From Planctomicrobium piriforme (GTDB taxonomy: Bacteria > Planctomycetota > Planctomycetia > Pirellulales > UBA1268): a stretch of 64,000 nt of DNA. The notes under the pieces are model-generated. The model was not told the DNA's origin and ran no database searches. It saw only the letters and a list, made by a program, of their open reading frames with translations. The stretch is taken from contig CAMBPQ010000004.1 in assembly GCA_945869735.1 (NCBI GenBank), forward strand, positions 5,219 to 69,218, given 5' to 3'. Shown one piece after another: positions 29,410 through 38,140 of the stretch (the stretch's first letter is position 1; every line of letters begins with the position of its first letter). A program made the translations under genes and the position numbers.

Positions 29410-30138
29410 TCAGAGTTCGACGCCCATGTCGCTCATCATGACCTTCATGTCGTCCCAGACATCGCGTTTCGCAGCGGGGTTTTGCAGAAGATACGACGGG
29501 TGATAGGTGCAGATCACCTTCGCGGAACCATGGGCGAACCAACGCTTCCGCAGCTCACCGATCGGCTCTGCAGTTCCCAACAGGGCGTGGGAGGCGGAAG
29601 TCCCGAGGCAGCAGATGTACTCGGGCGCGATGATCTCGAGTTGCTGTTCGAAAAAGCGGCGACAGTTGGCCACTTCCCCGGGCAGCGGTGGGCGGTTGCC
29701 GGGTGGCCGGCACTTCAGCACGTTGAGAATATAGACGTCCTCACGCCGAAGTTTGCAGGCCTCGATGATCTTCGTGAGCAACTCGCCGGCCCGGCCCACG
29801 AACGGCTCGCCCGACGCATCCTCGTCAGCGCCGGGCGCCTCGCCGAAGAAGCAGATCCGGGCATCGGGAGGCCCCACGCCAAACACGGTGTGGGTGCGTG
29901 TGGCGGCAAGTTCCACACACTGCGTGCAGTCCGCCACCTGCTGGTTGAGGATTCGCAGTGACCGGATTCGATCCGTGTCGGCGTCGACTCCCGATGCAGC
30001 CGGTGGAAGGGCCGTGGACGTGGGTCCGGAAGCGGCCGAGCGGCCGCCACGGCGCGACGCCTTCGGCAGTTGCTTCACCCCGGCAGCCGCAAGGCTCTCT
30101 AGTCGCTGCTTCATCGCCCGGGCATCACGTGCTGACAT
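29410..30138 (-). CDS. uracil-DNA glycosylase, family 4
   Basis: [38 protein letters not shown] is the family-4 UDG signature region. Confidence 0.9.
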   Translation of the reverse strand: MSARDARAMKQRLESLAAAGVKQLPKASRRGGRSAASGPTSTALPPAASGVDADTDRIRSLRILNQQVADCTQCVELAATRTHTVFGVGPPDARICFFGEAPGADEDASGEPFVGRAGELLTKIIEACKLRREDVYILNVLKCRPPGNRPPLPGEVANCRRFFEQQLEIIAPEYICCLGTSASHALLGTAEPIGELRKRWFAHGSAKVICTYHPSYLLQNPAAKRDVWDDMKVMMSDMGVEL

Positions 30139-30194
30139 CGCTCGTCACCGTTGCTCCGGACAAGAAAGCCGGGCGGGGCCGATGTGGCCCGAGG

Positions 30195-31601
30195 TCATAA
30201 CGCCCGGCGATGCCGCTTCGGCCCACGGCCCTTGCCAAGGGACGAGGGCGGTCGCTTGGGCTGCTCCGCCGCGGGGGGCTCCTCGGTCGGGCTCGCCGCC
30301 GCCGCCGCCGCCGCCCGCTGGAAACCGCCTGTGGGCACGTGCTCTACCGGTGCTGGCTTCGGCCGGCGGTCAAAGGCCTCGAAGCCCTCGATCTCGTCAC
30401 GCTTGAGGAGCCGCTCGATCCGGATTTCGATCCGCGTGAGTTGCGGCCCCTCCTCGGGGCTTACGAACGTGAAGGCGATGCCCTCGCGGCCCATGCGGCC
30501 GGTGCGGCCAACGCGATGGACGTAGTCGTCACAGAACTCGGGGATGTCGTAGTTGACGATGTGCGAAACGCTCGACACGTCAATGCCCCGTCCAACCACG
30601 TCGGTGGCGACGAGGACCTTCACCGACCCCTCGCGAAACTGCTTCATCACGCGGTCACGGATGCTCTGGGAGAGGTCTCCGTGAATGCACGCCACGTCCT
30701 CGGCGTCGGAGCGAGTCTGCCGCGACCGCCTCCGCTGGAGTTTCTCGAAGATCTTGTCGGTACCGCGCTTCGTACGGCAGAAGACGATCACCTGCCGGGG
30801 CTGCTCACGGTCGAGTAACCGCTCCAGAAGGTCGAATTTTCGAGTCGGATCGACCGTAAAATATCGCTGCTCAATCGTCTCGACGGCAAGTTCGTTCACC
30901 GAGAAATCCATGATCTCGGGATCCCGCATGTACCGCGTGGCGAGCTTCTGCACCGGCGGCGGCACGGTGGCCGAGAGGAGGAGAGTCTGCCGACTCTCGG
31001 GGCAGCGGCGGAGGATCTTCTCGATGTCAGGGCGGAATCCGATGTCGAGCATCCGATCGGCCTCGTCGAGCGTGACGATCTCGATTGCTGAGAAGTTCAG
31101 CGTGCCCCGACTCATGTGGTCGAGCACGCGGCCCGGCGTGCCGACGATGACCGCCGGATTCTTGGCCAACTTGTCGATTTGCCCCTTGATAGGCTTGCCG
31201 CCGTAGACGGCGACGCAGTGGATCTTTGACCCGAACGCGAGCTTCTCAAACTCATCCTTCACCTGCACCGCAAGTTCGCGGGTGGGCACGAGCACGAGCG
31301 CCCGCGGTCCGCCGCCACGGCCGGGCTGGTGCATCCGTTCGAGAATCGGGAGCACAAACGACGCTGTTTTGCCTGTACCCGTGCGGGCCTGGCCAAGCAC
31401 GTCGATGCCCTTGATAGCCCGAGGGATCAGCCCCGCCTGCACGGGCGTGGGCGTGGTGTAGCCCGCCCGATCGACGGCAGCCAGCGTCTCCGCAGAGAGC
31501 CCCATCGTCCGAAAATCACCCGCCACCGGCGGAGCAGCGTCTCCGCCCATCGCTTCGGCCGGAACACCCGATTCCGCCGGGTGTCCTGCCCTGTTGTCCA
31601 T
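30195..31601 (-). CDS. DEAD-box ATP-dependent RNA helicase
   Basis: ORF 30195-31889 trimmed to ATG 31601 (MDNRAGHP..); ATG 31649 is possible. Q motif/[35 protein letters not shown], and a basic C-terminal tail. The discarded N-terminus is a translation of R1 copy F. Confidence 0.9.
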   Translation of the reverse strand: MDNRAGHPAESGVPAEAMGGDAAPPVAGDFRTMGLSAETLAAVDRAGYTTPTPVQAGLIPRAIKGIDVLGQARTGTGKTASFVLPILERMHQPGRGGGPRALVLVPTRELAVQVKDEFEKLAFGSKIHCVAVYGGKPIKGQIDKLAKNPAVIVGTPGRVLDHMSRGTLNFSAIEIVTLDEADRMLDIGFRPDIEKILRRCPESRQTLLLSATVPPPVQKLATRYMRDPEIMDFSVNELAVETIEQRYFTVDPTRKFDLLERLLDREQPRQVIVFCRTKRGTDKIFEKLQRRRSRQTRSDAEDVACIHGDLSQSIRDRVMKQFREGSVKVLVATDVVGRGIDVSSVSHIVNYDIPEFCDDYVHRVGRTGRMGREGIAFTFVSPEEGPQLTRIEIRIERLLKRDEIEGFEAFDRRPKPAPVEHVPTGGFQRAAAAAAASPTEEPPAAEQPKRPPSSLGKGRGPKRHRRAL

Positions 31602-31850
31602 AAACACTCGTTGCCTCGTTGCTTCCTCGAAAACGTCGTCCGCATGCATCCGCAGGGCAGCGTTGCCCCGGTGCAGAAGCCCGCCGCAGACACGGCTGCA
31701 GGGCGGGAAAGCGGCTGGCGGCGTTTGAGAAAGCCGCCCCTTCAATGCCTGAAAAGTACCACGCGCAGGCAAACTCGGCAAACATGACGATCTCAGGCGG
31801 CGTGTTTGACCGACTTTTCCCGCGACTGGCCGCACGGGTTGCAGGGAGCC

Positions 31851-32010
31851 TAGAGCGCGTCCGCCTTTGGTGGAGCGGCGAGATGGCACATGGGAGAAGG
31901 GAGGCGAGGGGGTCGGCGAACGCTCGAGGAGCCTTGGGCGTATCCTCGCCCCGGTGACGAGACTTTTGCCGCCCCCGAAGCCGGCGATCCACGCACGTCG
32001 AATGCGCTCT
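31851..32010 (-). repeat. R1 MITE-like element, copy F
   Basis: TAGAGCGCGTCCGCCTTTGGTGGAGCGGCGAGATGGCACATGGGAGAAGGGAGGCGAGGGGGTCGGCGAACGCTCGAGGAGCCTTGGGCGTATCCTCGCCCCGGTGACGAGACTTTTGCCGCCCCCGAAGCCGGCGATCCACGCACGTCGAATGCGCTCT. Confidence 0.9.
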
Positions 32011-32047
32011 CACCGCGTCGGCGGGAGGGCCGACCTGCGACGCGGCA

Positions 32048-32941
32048 CTACCGATCGAAGATTTTCTTGATGGCCCAGAACGTCGCGGCGCGGCCGACGC
32101 GGGCGATCGATCGCGTGAGCGGGATGTGCTTCGGGCAGACAGCCACACAGTTCTGCGCGTTGCCGCAGACCTGAATGCCGCCCTTGGAGGTCAGGGCCTC
32201 CATCCGCTCATCGGCAATCATGCGGCCGGTGGGATGGGCGTTGAAGAGAACTGCCTGGCTGATGGCATGGGCGCCCACGAAGCCCGAGTCGTAGGCGGCC
32301 TTCCGCCGCGCATCGAAGTCAGCCTCGGATTCGTCGTCGCGCCGAATGACCTCGATCTTGGTGTACTGCGGGCAGGCCTCAAGGCAGCAGCCGCAGCTCA
32401 TGCACGTCGAGAGCGGATAGGCGTCTTCCTGCTCCTCGGGGGAGATACGCGGCCCTGGTCCAAGGTCATAAGAACCCTCGACTGGCACCCAGGCTTCGAC
32501 CTTCTCGAGGGCCCGGAACACCCGCCGCCGGTCGACGACGAGGTCGCGGACGACGGGGTACTTCGACATTGGCCGCAACTCGATCTCCTCACCATCCTCA
32601 ACCACGAGTTTGTCGACGAGCGCTGAGCAGGCCATCCGAGTGCGGCCGTTGATCAGCATCGTGCAGGAGCCGCAGACCTCCTCGAGGCAGTTGCAATCCC
32701 ACGTCACCGGGGCCACGCGCCGGCCGTCGAGCGACCGGGCACGGGCCGCGATCTTCTGCAGGACGCTGATCACGTTCATGTTCGGCTCGTAGGGAACCTC
32801 AAACCGCTCCCAGTAGCTTTCACCACCGGCGATGTCCTGCCGCAGCACGCGGACACGGACCATCCGACCCTCGGCTTCGTGATGGCCGTTCCCCGCGGCC
32901 ATCTCTTCGTGGCCTGCAGTCGCCTCGACTGTCCTGATCAT
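32048..32941 (-). CDS. sdhB: succinate dehydrogenase/fumarate reductase iron-sulfur subunit
   Basis: Cys clusters C..C..CGSCTMLINGRTRMAC, CMSCGCCLEACP and C.NAQNCVAVCP, matching the 2Fe-2S/4Fe-4S/3Fe-4S pattern. Confidence 0.95.
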   Translation of the reverse strand: MIRTVEATAGHEEMAAGNGHHEAEGRMVRVRVLRQDIAGGESYWERFEVPYEPNMNVISVLQKIAARARSLDGRRVAPVTWDCNCLEEVCGSCTMLINGRTRMACSALVDKLVVEDGEEIELRPMSKYPVVRDLVVDRRRVFRALEKVEAWVPVEGSYDLGPGPRISPEEQEDAYPLSTCMSCGCCLEACPQYTKIEVIRRDDESEADFDARRKAAYDSGFVGAHAISQAVLFNAHPTGRMIADERMEALTSKGGIQVCGNAQNCVAVCPKHIPLTRSIARVGRAATFWAIKKIFDR

Positions 32942-33005
32942 CGTATGACCTCCGACATGGTGCCGCGGGCCGTCGCCGCGCGGCGTGTGAATATCCCAAG
33001 CATCC

Positions 33006-35006
33006 TCACGTGCCAGCTCCTACGGTCCGTCCGCCTACCACCGGGGACTGCCCCGCCGCGGTCGCCTCCGCCTCCCGCTCCTTCCAGACCTCCTCGATCG
33101 TATCCCCTCCGACCAGCCCGTAGAGCCGGGGCCGCGGTGGAGTGAGCGACGTGTCGATGTCCTGATAGGAAATCTCCGGATTGCCGTCGGCATCGCATTT
33201 CGCGATCGAAGACTTCAGCCATTTCCGCGTGTTGGCTGCGAACGCGTCGCACCACTGCTCGGCCTCGCGGCGCTTGCTGACGGGATCGGTGGCTGCCAGG
33301 CCCGGCATGGCGAAGGCCGGCTTATAGTGGGCGCCGCGGCACTCATCCCGCATCAGGGCACCCTTGAGGATCAGCTTCGCCACGGGAAACATGTCGCCGA
33401 CGGCCTTGGTGAACACGACGTTTTGATTGGTCCAGTTGCCCGTATCCGAAACGGCACACCGCTTCCACCGCTCCGCCAACAGGCAGACCTCATCGTAGGC
33501 CGCGGACAACTGTTCGTTCCGGCGCACGACCGTCGCTACGCGGGTCATGATGTTGCCGAGTTGATGGTGGAGTTCGTAAGGATTCTCAACGCCTGACGTC
33601 CGGGCGAGTAGCTCCCGATGACGCTCGTCCTGCCGACGGATCTCAGCTTCGAATAGCCGCGATGAGTCGCCCACTGCCGACCCAGCATGGTTCGCAAGCG
33701 TCGGGGCGATGAACAGGCCGCTGAAGATACAGGAGAGGAGCGAGTTGGCGCCGAGACGGTTGGCACCGTGATACTGATAGTCGCACTCGCCGATCGCGAA
33801 CAGCCCAGGAATGTTGGTCTGCTGGTTGCGAGGTGACCCCTCCAGCATGCCCCCGGACGCGCTCTTCTCGTAGTCGACCCACAGGCCGCCCATCGAATAG
33901 TGAACGGCCGGGAAGATCTTCATTGGCATCGATCTCGGATCGACGCCCTGAAACTTCTCGTAGATCTCGAGGATGCCGCCAAGCTTGCGATCGAGCGTCT
34001 CGCGCGGAATATGGGTCAGGTCGAGATAGACGCAGAGCCGGTCCTTCTCCACCGACAATCCGTCGGTCGTACAGATATCGAAGATCTCGCGGGTCGCGAT
34101 ATCCCGAGGCACGAGGTTGCCGTACTTCGGATACCGCTCCTCGAGAAAATAAGAACGCTCGGCCTCCGGGATCTCCCGCGGATCGCGTGGGTCCTGCGGC
34201 TTCTTCGGCACCCAGACGCGGCCCCCCTCGCCACGGGCGCTCTCGCTCATGAGTCGCAGTTTGTCGGCGCCCGGAATCGCCGTGGGATGCACCTGGATAA
34301 ACTCGCCGTTGCCATACCACGCGCCGGCCCGATACGCACGACTCACGGCGCTGCCGTTGCAGACCATCGACATCGTCGACCGGCCGTAAATCAGGCCGTT
34401 GCCGCCCGTCGCGAGCACGACCGCGTCGGCCGGAAACGCGCGGAACTGCATCGTGACGAGATCTTGGCAGACCGCGCCGCGACAGCGGCCCGACTCATCG
34501 AGCACCGGCCCGAGGAAGTCCCAGAACTCCCACTTCTTGACCTTGCCATCGACTTCGTGGCGGCGAACCTGCTCGTCGAGCGCGTAGAGGAGTTGCTGGC
34601 CAGTTGTCGCCCCGGCAAAGGAAGTCCGCTTGTAGAGCGTGCCGCCGAACCGCCGCTGGTCGCGAAAACCCTCCGATGTGCGGTTGAATGGCACGCCGAG
34701 CCTGTCCATCAGGTCGATGATCCGAGGGCCCCAATCAGCCATTTCCTTGACCGGCGGTTGGTGCTGGAGGAAGTCACCGCCATAGACGGTGTCGTCGAAG
34801 TGCTTCCACTCGTTGTCGCCCTGCTGCCGCGTCAGGGCGTTGACGCTGTTGATTCCCCCTTGGGCGCAGACGCTGTGCGACCGCTTGACCGGCACAAGGC
34901 TGACAAGATCGACGCCGACGCCCAACTCCGCCAGCCGCATGGAAGCCGACAGACCCGCCAGACCACCACCGACCACGAGAACCCTGGGTTGTGCCATGGC
35001 CTCCAC
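33006..35006 (-). CDS. sdhA: succinate dehydrogenase/fumarate reductase flavoprotein subunit
   Basis: FAD loop VVGGGLAGLSAS, HSVCAQGGIN (covalent-FAD His region), and ..VHYSMGGLWVD.. Confidence 0.95.
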   Translation of the reverse strand: MEAMAQPRVLVVGGGLAGLSASMRLAELGVGVDLVSLVPVKRSHSVCAQGGINSVNALTRQQGDNEWKHFDDTVYGGDFLQHQPPVKEMADWGPRIIDLMDRLGVPFNRTSEGFRDQRRFGGTLYKRTSFAGATTGQQLLYALDEQVRRHEVDGKVKKWEFWDFLGPVLDESGRCRGAVCQDLVTMQFRAFPADAVVLATGGNGLIYGRSTMSMVCNGSAVSRAYRAGAWYGNGEFIQVHPTAIPGADKLRLMSESARGEGGRVWVPKKPQDPRDPREIPEAERSYFLEERYPKYGNLVPRDIATREIFDICTTDGLSVEKDRLCVYLDLTHIPRETLDRKLGGILEIYEKFQGVDPRSMPMKIFPAVHYSMGGLWVDYEKSASGGMLEGSPRNQQTNIPGLFAIGECDYQYHGANRLGANSLLSCIFSGLFIAPTLANHAGSAVGDSSRLFEAEIRRQDERHRELLARTSGVENPYELHHQLGNIMTRVATVVRRNEQLSAAYDEVCLLAERWKRCAVSDTGNWTNQNVVFTKAVGDMFPVAKLILKGALMRDECRGAHYKPAFAMPGLAATDPVSKRREAEQWCDAFAANTRKWLKSSIAKCDADGNPEISYQDIDTSLTPPRPRLYGLVGGDTIEEVWKEREAEATAAGQSPVVGGRTVGAGT

Positions 35007-35018
35007 CCTCCTGGAAAA

Positions 35019-35789
35019 TCACTTCGCCGAACTAGGAATCGCGACGGGCGGGTACGCTGCGCCCGGCACACTCAGTGTGTGCTTCTGCTTCTCCATCCAC
35101 GTTTCAACCTCGCGGGCCCTGCCGACATCGAGTGACCGCATGCCTCCCAAGGCACCGAGGCCGGCAGCAGCCAGCCCGACGCCAAAGACGATGCTGACTG
35201 CGTTGGCCCGACGCATCGCTGCCGGACTCGTCCAGAGACCCCACGTGATGCCCATCGTCCAGAGGCCGTTGGCGAAGTGGAATACGGTCGACAGGACACC
35301 AATCGTATAGAGGATCGCGACGGCTGTGGGCTGGAGCGCCTCAGCCGCCGAACTCGCTGCGTGGTGCGGGTCGAACCGGCCCCCGCCGAGCGGTAGCCCC
35401 AGCCAGTGCAACTGAATAATGTGCCAGACGATGAACGCGAACGCGATCATCCCCGTCGCCCGCTGCAGCGTATAGCGAACATTCCCCACGTAAGCATAGG
35501 ATCCAACGTTTGGCATACCATTGGCGATGATCACGAAGCCGACCGCCGCGTGGAACAGCATCGGCAGGAAGATGAAGGCCCACTCGATCGGGATGAGGAG
35601 CGGTCCCAGCGAATGAATCATGTCGACCCGCGACTGAAACGTCCGGCCATCATCGCCGGCCAGGATCGAAGAGTTGGTGAGCAGATGGACCACCAGAAAT
35701 GCACCGATCGGGATCAGACCTGCCAGCGAGAAGAGCCGGTAGATGAGAAACTGATGGCGATCCAGAAACGACGACGAAGACTGTCTCAC
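35019..35789 (-). CDS. sdhC: succinate dehydrogenase cytochrome b subunit (b558-type)
   Basis: ORF 35019-36026 trimmed to GTG 35789 (VRQSSSSFLDRHQFLIYRLFSLAGLIPIGAFLVVHLLTN..). Five hydrophobic helices with conserved His. Directly upstream of sdhA/B. Confidence 0.8.
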   Translation of the reverse strand: MRQSSSSFLDRHQFLIYRLFSLAGLIPIGAFLVVHLLTNSSILAGDDGRTFQSRVDMIHSLGPLLIPIEWAFIFLPMLFHAAVGFVIIANGMPNVGSYAYVGNVRYTLQRATGMIAFAFIVWHIIQLHWLGLPLGGGRFDPHHAASSAAEALQPTAVAILYTIGVLSTVFHFANGLWTMGITWGLWTSPAAMRRANAVSIVFGVGLAAAGLGALGGMRSLDVGRAREVETWMEKQKHTLSVPGAAYPPVAIPSSAK

Positions 35790-35989
35790 GATCGGCCTCG
35801 GAATGCGGCACTGCCGCGGTCGGGTGGGTTCGGGCCAGCCGGGGGGAGCGGCTATACAACGGCCTCGATGACCGTGGAAAGTATAGGTCTGGTCAGCCAC
35901 GCGACAACGCCGGCCCACGATTTGGCGGCGTGCACGAACGATTTTATACTGCAGAAGCAAGTATTCCTGTCGACGACGGAGGGTGGCTG

Positions 35990-37579
35990 GTGACGGAGTT
36001 CGAAGATGAATCAGCCGAGCCAGCATCGGCCCGTAATCGCGACCACGAGGTTGTCGATCACCTGCCCGACGGCGTGACCGTGCTCGAACCAGGGGCCGTG
36101 ATTGGCTGGGCCAACGAGCGGCTCACCCGCTGGTGCGGCATCGGTGATCTCCGGGGTCACGACTTTCTCCAAGCCCTAGCCGGCACGGCGGCGGAACACT
36201 GGCCAACTGAAGCGGCGTCGTTCCACGAGGCGCTGCTGGCAGGCAGGGCTGCGGAGGCGATCCTCAAGGCCTCCACCAGGTTCTACGCCGTTCATGCCTC
36301 GGGGGCCTTCTCGCCCGCCGATCTCTCCAGCGGCGTACGCACGGTCGTGACGGTTCGCGACGTCACCCGCACGATCCTCGAGCAGCAAAAGCGGGCGGCG
36401 ATCCACGCGGCCGGGCAGACGCTTGCCGATCTGTCCCCGGCCGAACTGGCCGACATGACAATCAACGAACGGATCGACCTGCTCAAGAGCAACATCATCC
36501 ACTACTCAAAGGACATCCTGCAGTTCGACGTGCTGGAGATCCGCCTCCTCGATCGGCAGACAGGCCGCCTCGAGCCCCTGCTTGCCGAGGGCATGCAGCC
36601 CGAGGCCGAGGCCAGAATCCTTTACGCTCGACGGGAGCACAACGGCGTCACGGGCTATGTCGCTGCGACCGGCCACGGCTATTGGTGTAGCGACACGACC
36701 AAGGACCAGCTCTATCTGGAGGGCTGCAAGGGGGCCAAAAGCTCGATCACGGTGCCTCTGATGCTGCACGATCAGGTGATCGGCACCTTCAACGTGGAGA
36801 GCCCGGAGCCCGGCGGATTCGACACGACCGACCTGCAGTTCCTGGAGATCTTCTCGCGGGACGTCGCGGCGGCGCTCAACACCCTCGAACTACTCGTGGC
36901 CGAAAAGGCCTCGACGGCCGCCGAAAGCATCGAGGCCATCCACGGCGCGGTAGCACTTCCGGTCGACGACATCCTCAACGACGCAGTCAGTGTGATGGAA
37001 CGCTACATCGGCCACGATGCCGACGTCGTCGACCGCCTGCAGCGGATCCTGAAGAATGCTCGTGACATCAAGCAGGTGATCCAGCGGGTCGGCGAAAAGA
37101 TGGCACCGTCGGCGGCGCACGCGCAGCGTCGCCAGGCCGAGAAACGCCGGAGCCTCGTGAGCCGCAGGATCTTGGTGGTTGATTCCGACGAGCAGGTTCG
37201 CGCGGCTGCCCACGCCCTGCTGGAGCGGTCGGGATGCACGGTGGAGACGGCCCGCGACGGCGCCGAGGCGGCCTCGATGGTGAGAGCCGGCAGCGGCGAT
37301 GCCTACGACGTCATCATTTCCGATATCCGCCTTCCCGATATGAGCGGGTATCAACTCCTGCTCCGGCTGCAGGAGATCATCGACCCGGTGCCGCTCGTGC
37401 TCATGACGGGTTTTGGCTACGACCCCGGCCACTCGATCGTGAAGGCCCGGCAGGCCGGGATCGATCTGGTGCTCTTCAAACCGTTCCGCGTCGACCAACT
37501 CCTCGACACCGTCGAAAAGGCAGTGCTCCGCAGGCAGGTCGCGCCCGTTGCCTCAACCGACCCCTCGGGCCCCACCTGA
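35990..37579 (+). CDS. PAS-like/GAF-domain response regulator (C-terminal receiver domain, no obvious output domain)
   Basis: ORF 35930-37579. Preferred start is GTG 35990, preceded by GGAGGG with a 6-nt spacer. GAF-like middle (..ITVPLMLHDQVIGTFNVES..). Receiver RILVVDSDEQ..VIISDIRLPDMSG..LMTGFG..KPF. Confidence 0.8.
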   Translation: MTEFEDESAEPASARNRDHEVVDHLPDGVTVLEPGAVIGWANERLTRWCGIGDLRGHDFLQALAGTAAEHWPTEAASFHEALLAGRAAEAILKASTRFYAVHASGAFSPADLSSGVRTVVTVRDVTRTILEQQKRAAIHAAGQTLADLSPAELADMTINERIDLLKSNIIHYSKDILQFDVLEIRLLDRQTGRLEPLLAEGMQPEAEARILYARREHNGVTGYVAATGHGYWCSDTTKDQLYLEGCKGAKSSITVPLMLHDQVIGTFNVESPEPGGFDTTDLQFLEIFSRDVAAALNTLELLVAEKASTAAESIEAIHGAVALPVDDILNDAVSVMERYIGHDADVVDRLQRILKNARDIKQVIQRVGEKMAPSAAHAQRRQAEKRRSLVSRRILVVDSDEQVRAAAHALLERSGCTVETARDGAEAASMVRAGSGDAYDVIISDIRLPDMSGYQLLLRLQEIIDPVPLVLMTGFGYDPGHSIVKARQAGIDLVLFKPFRVDQLLDTVEKAVLRRQVAPVASTDPSGPT

Positions 37580-37631
37580 TACGGCCCCACGTGACTGACG
37601 CCGCTGTGCTTCTTGGGGCCACACCCCCGCC

Positions 37632-37860
37632 AGGCAGCCCCAAGCGCGAGCGCGGGGAATGCAGGTCGTATCGAGACGGTGCCGGATTGGTTCGCCGGCG
37701 GTGACATGCTCGCCGCCGGGGGATTTTGCTCCAGGATGCTCGCTTGGCCGACTGGGCATCGCTCGTGAGTCGCAAACATTCCCCGACGTCTGCGCGTGCC
37801 TCCGACCGGCTCCTCACGATCAGAAGCCGGTGCCTCTCGCCAGGCAAACCCAATCGCATT
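37632..37860 (+). repeat. R3 repeat, copy 2
   Basis: Aligns with 5621-5845. Same orientation and same position relative to an upstream plus-strand gene end. Confidence 0.8.
37702..37737 (+). terminator. terminator-like hairpin inside R3 copy 2
   Basis: GCCGGCGG-tgacatgctcg-CCGCCGG then GGGATTTTGC, ~120 nt downstream of the response-regulator stop. Confidence 0.3.
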
Positions 37861-38027
37861 CGCGGGGAATGCGCGTGCCATCCCAATCCGCTCCCCGCCA
37901 GCATCACGGTCGTCACCCGCCTTCCCATCGCTTGCGCTCCGGGCTTCTTGAGGGCACGCTCATGCCGTGGAGCGACGTGACTTTTGCCGCCCTCGAGCCG
38001 GCGATCCACCAAAGCAGTACGCGCTCC
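37843..38027. repeat. R2 element (with insertion) fused to a deletion derivative of R1
   Basis: TCGCCAGGCAAACCCAATCGCATTCGCGGGGAATGC...CCCATCGCTTGCGCTCCGGGCTTCTTGAGGGC (R2), then ..GACTTTTGCCGCCCTCGAGCCGGCGATCCACCAAAGCAGTACGCGCTC. In the latter, the R1 left-TIR and right-TIR sequences are joined directly. Confidence 0.7.
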
Positions 38028-38140
38028 AGGCTGCCCCGTTTACCCCGATGACCGGGCCATGACGTGGTCTTGACCCGTCGCGGCGGACGCGGGTATTTCT
38101 CCCGGCTCACGGCTCGTTTCCCGCACAGGATTCTGTACCC

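Noticed and set aside
33900-35135. 411-aa plus-strand ORF.
   Set aside because: It is antisense to sdhA, which has unambiguous flavoprotein motifs.
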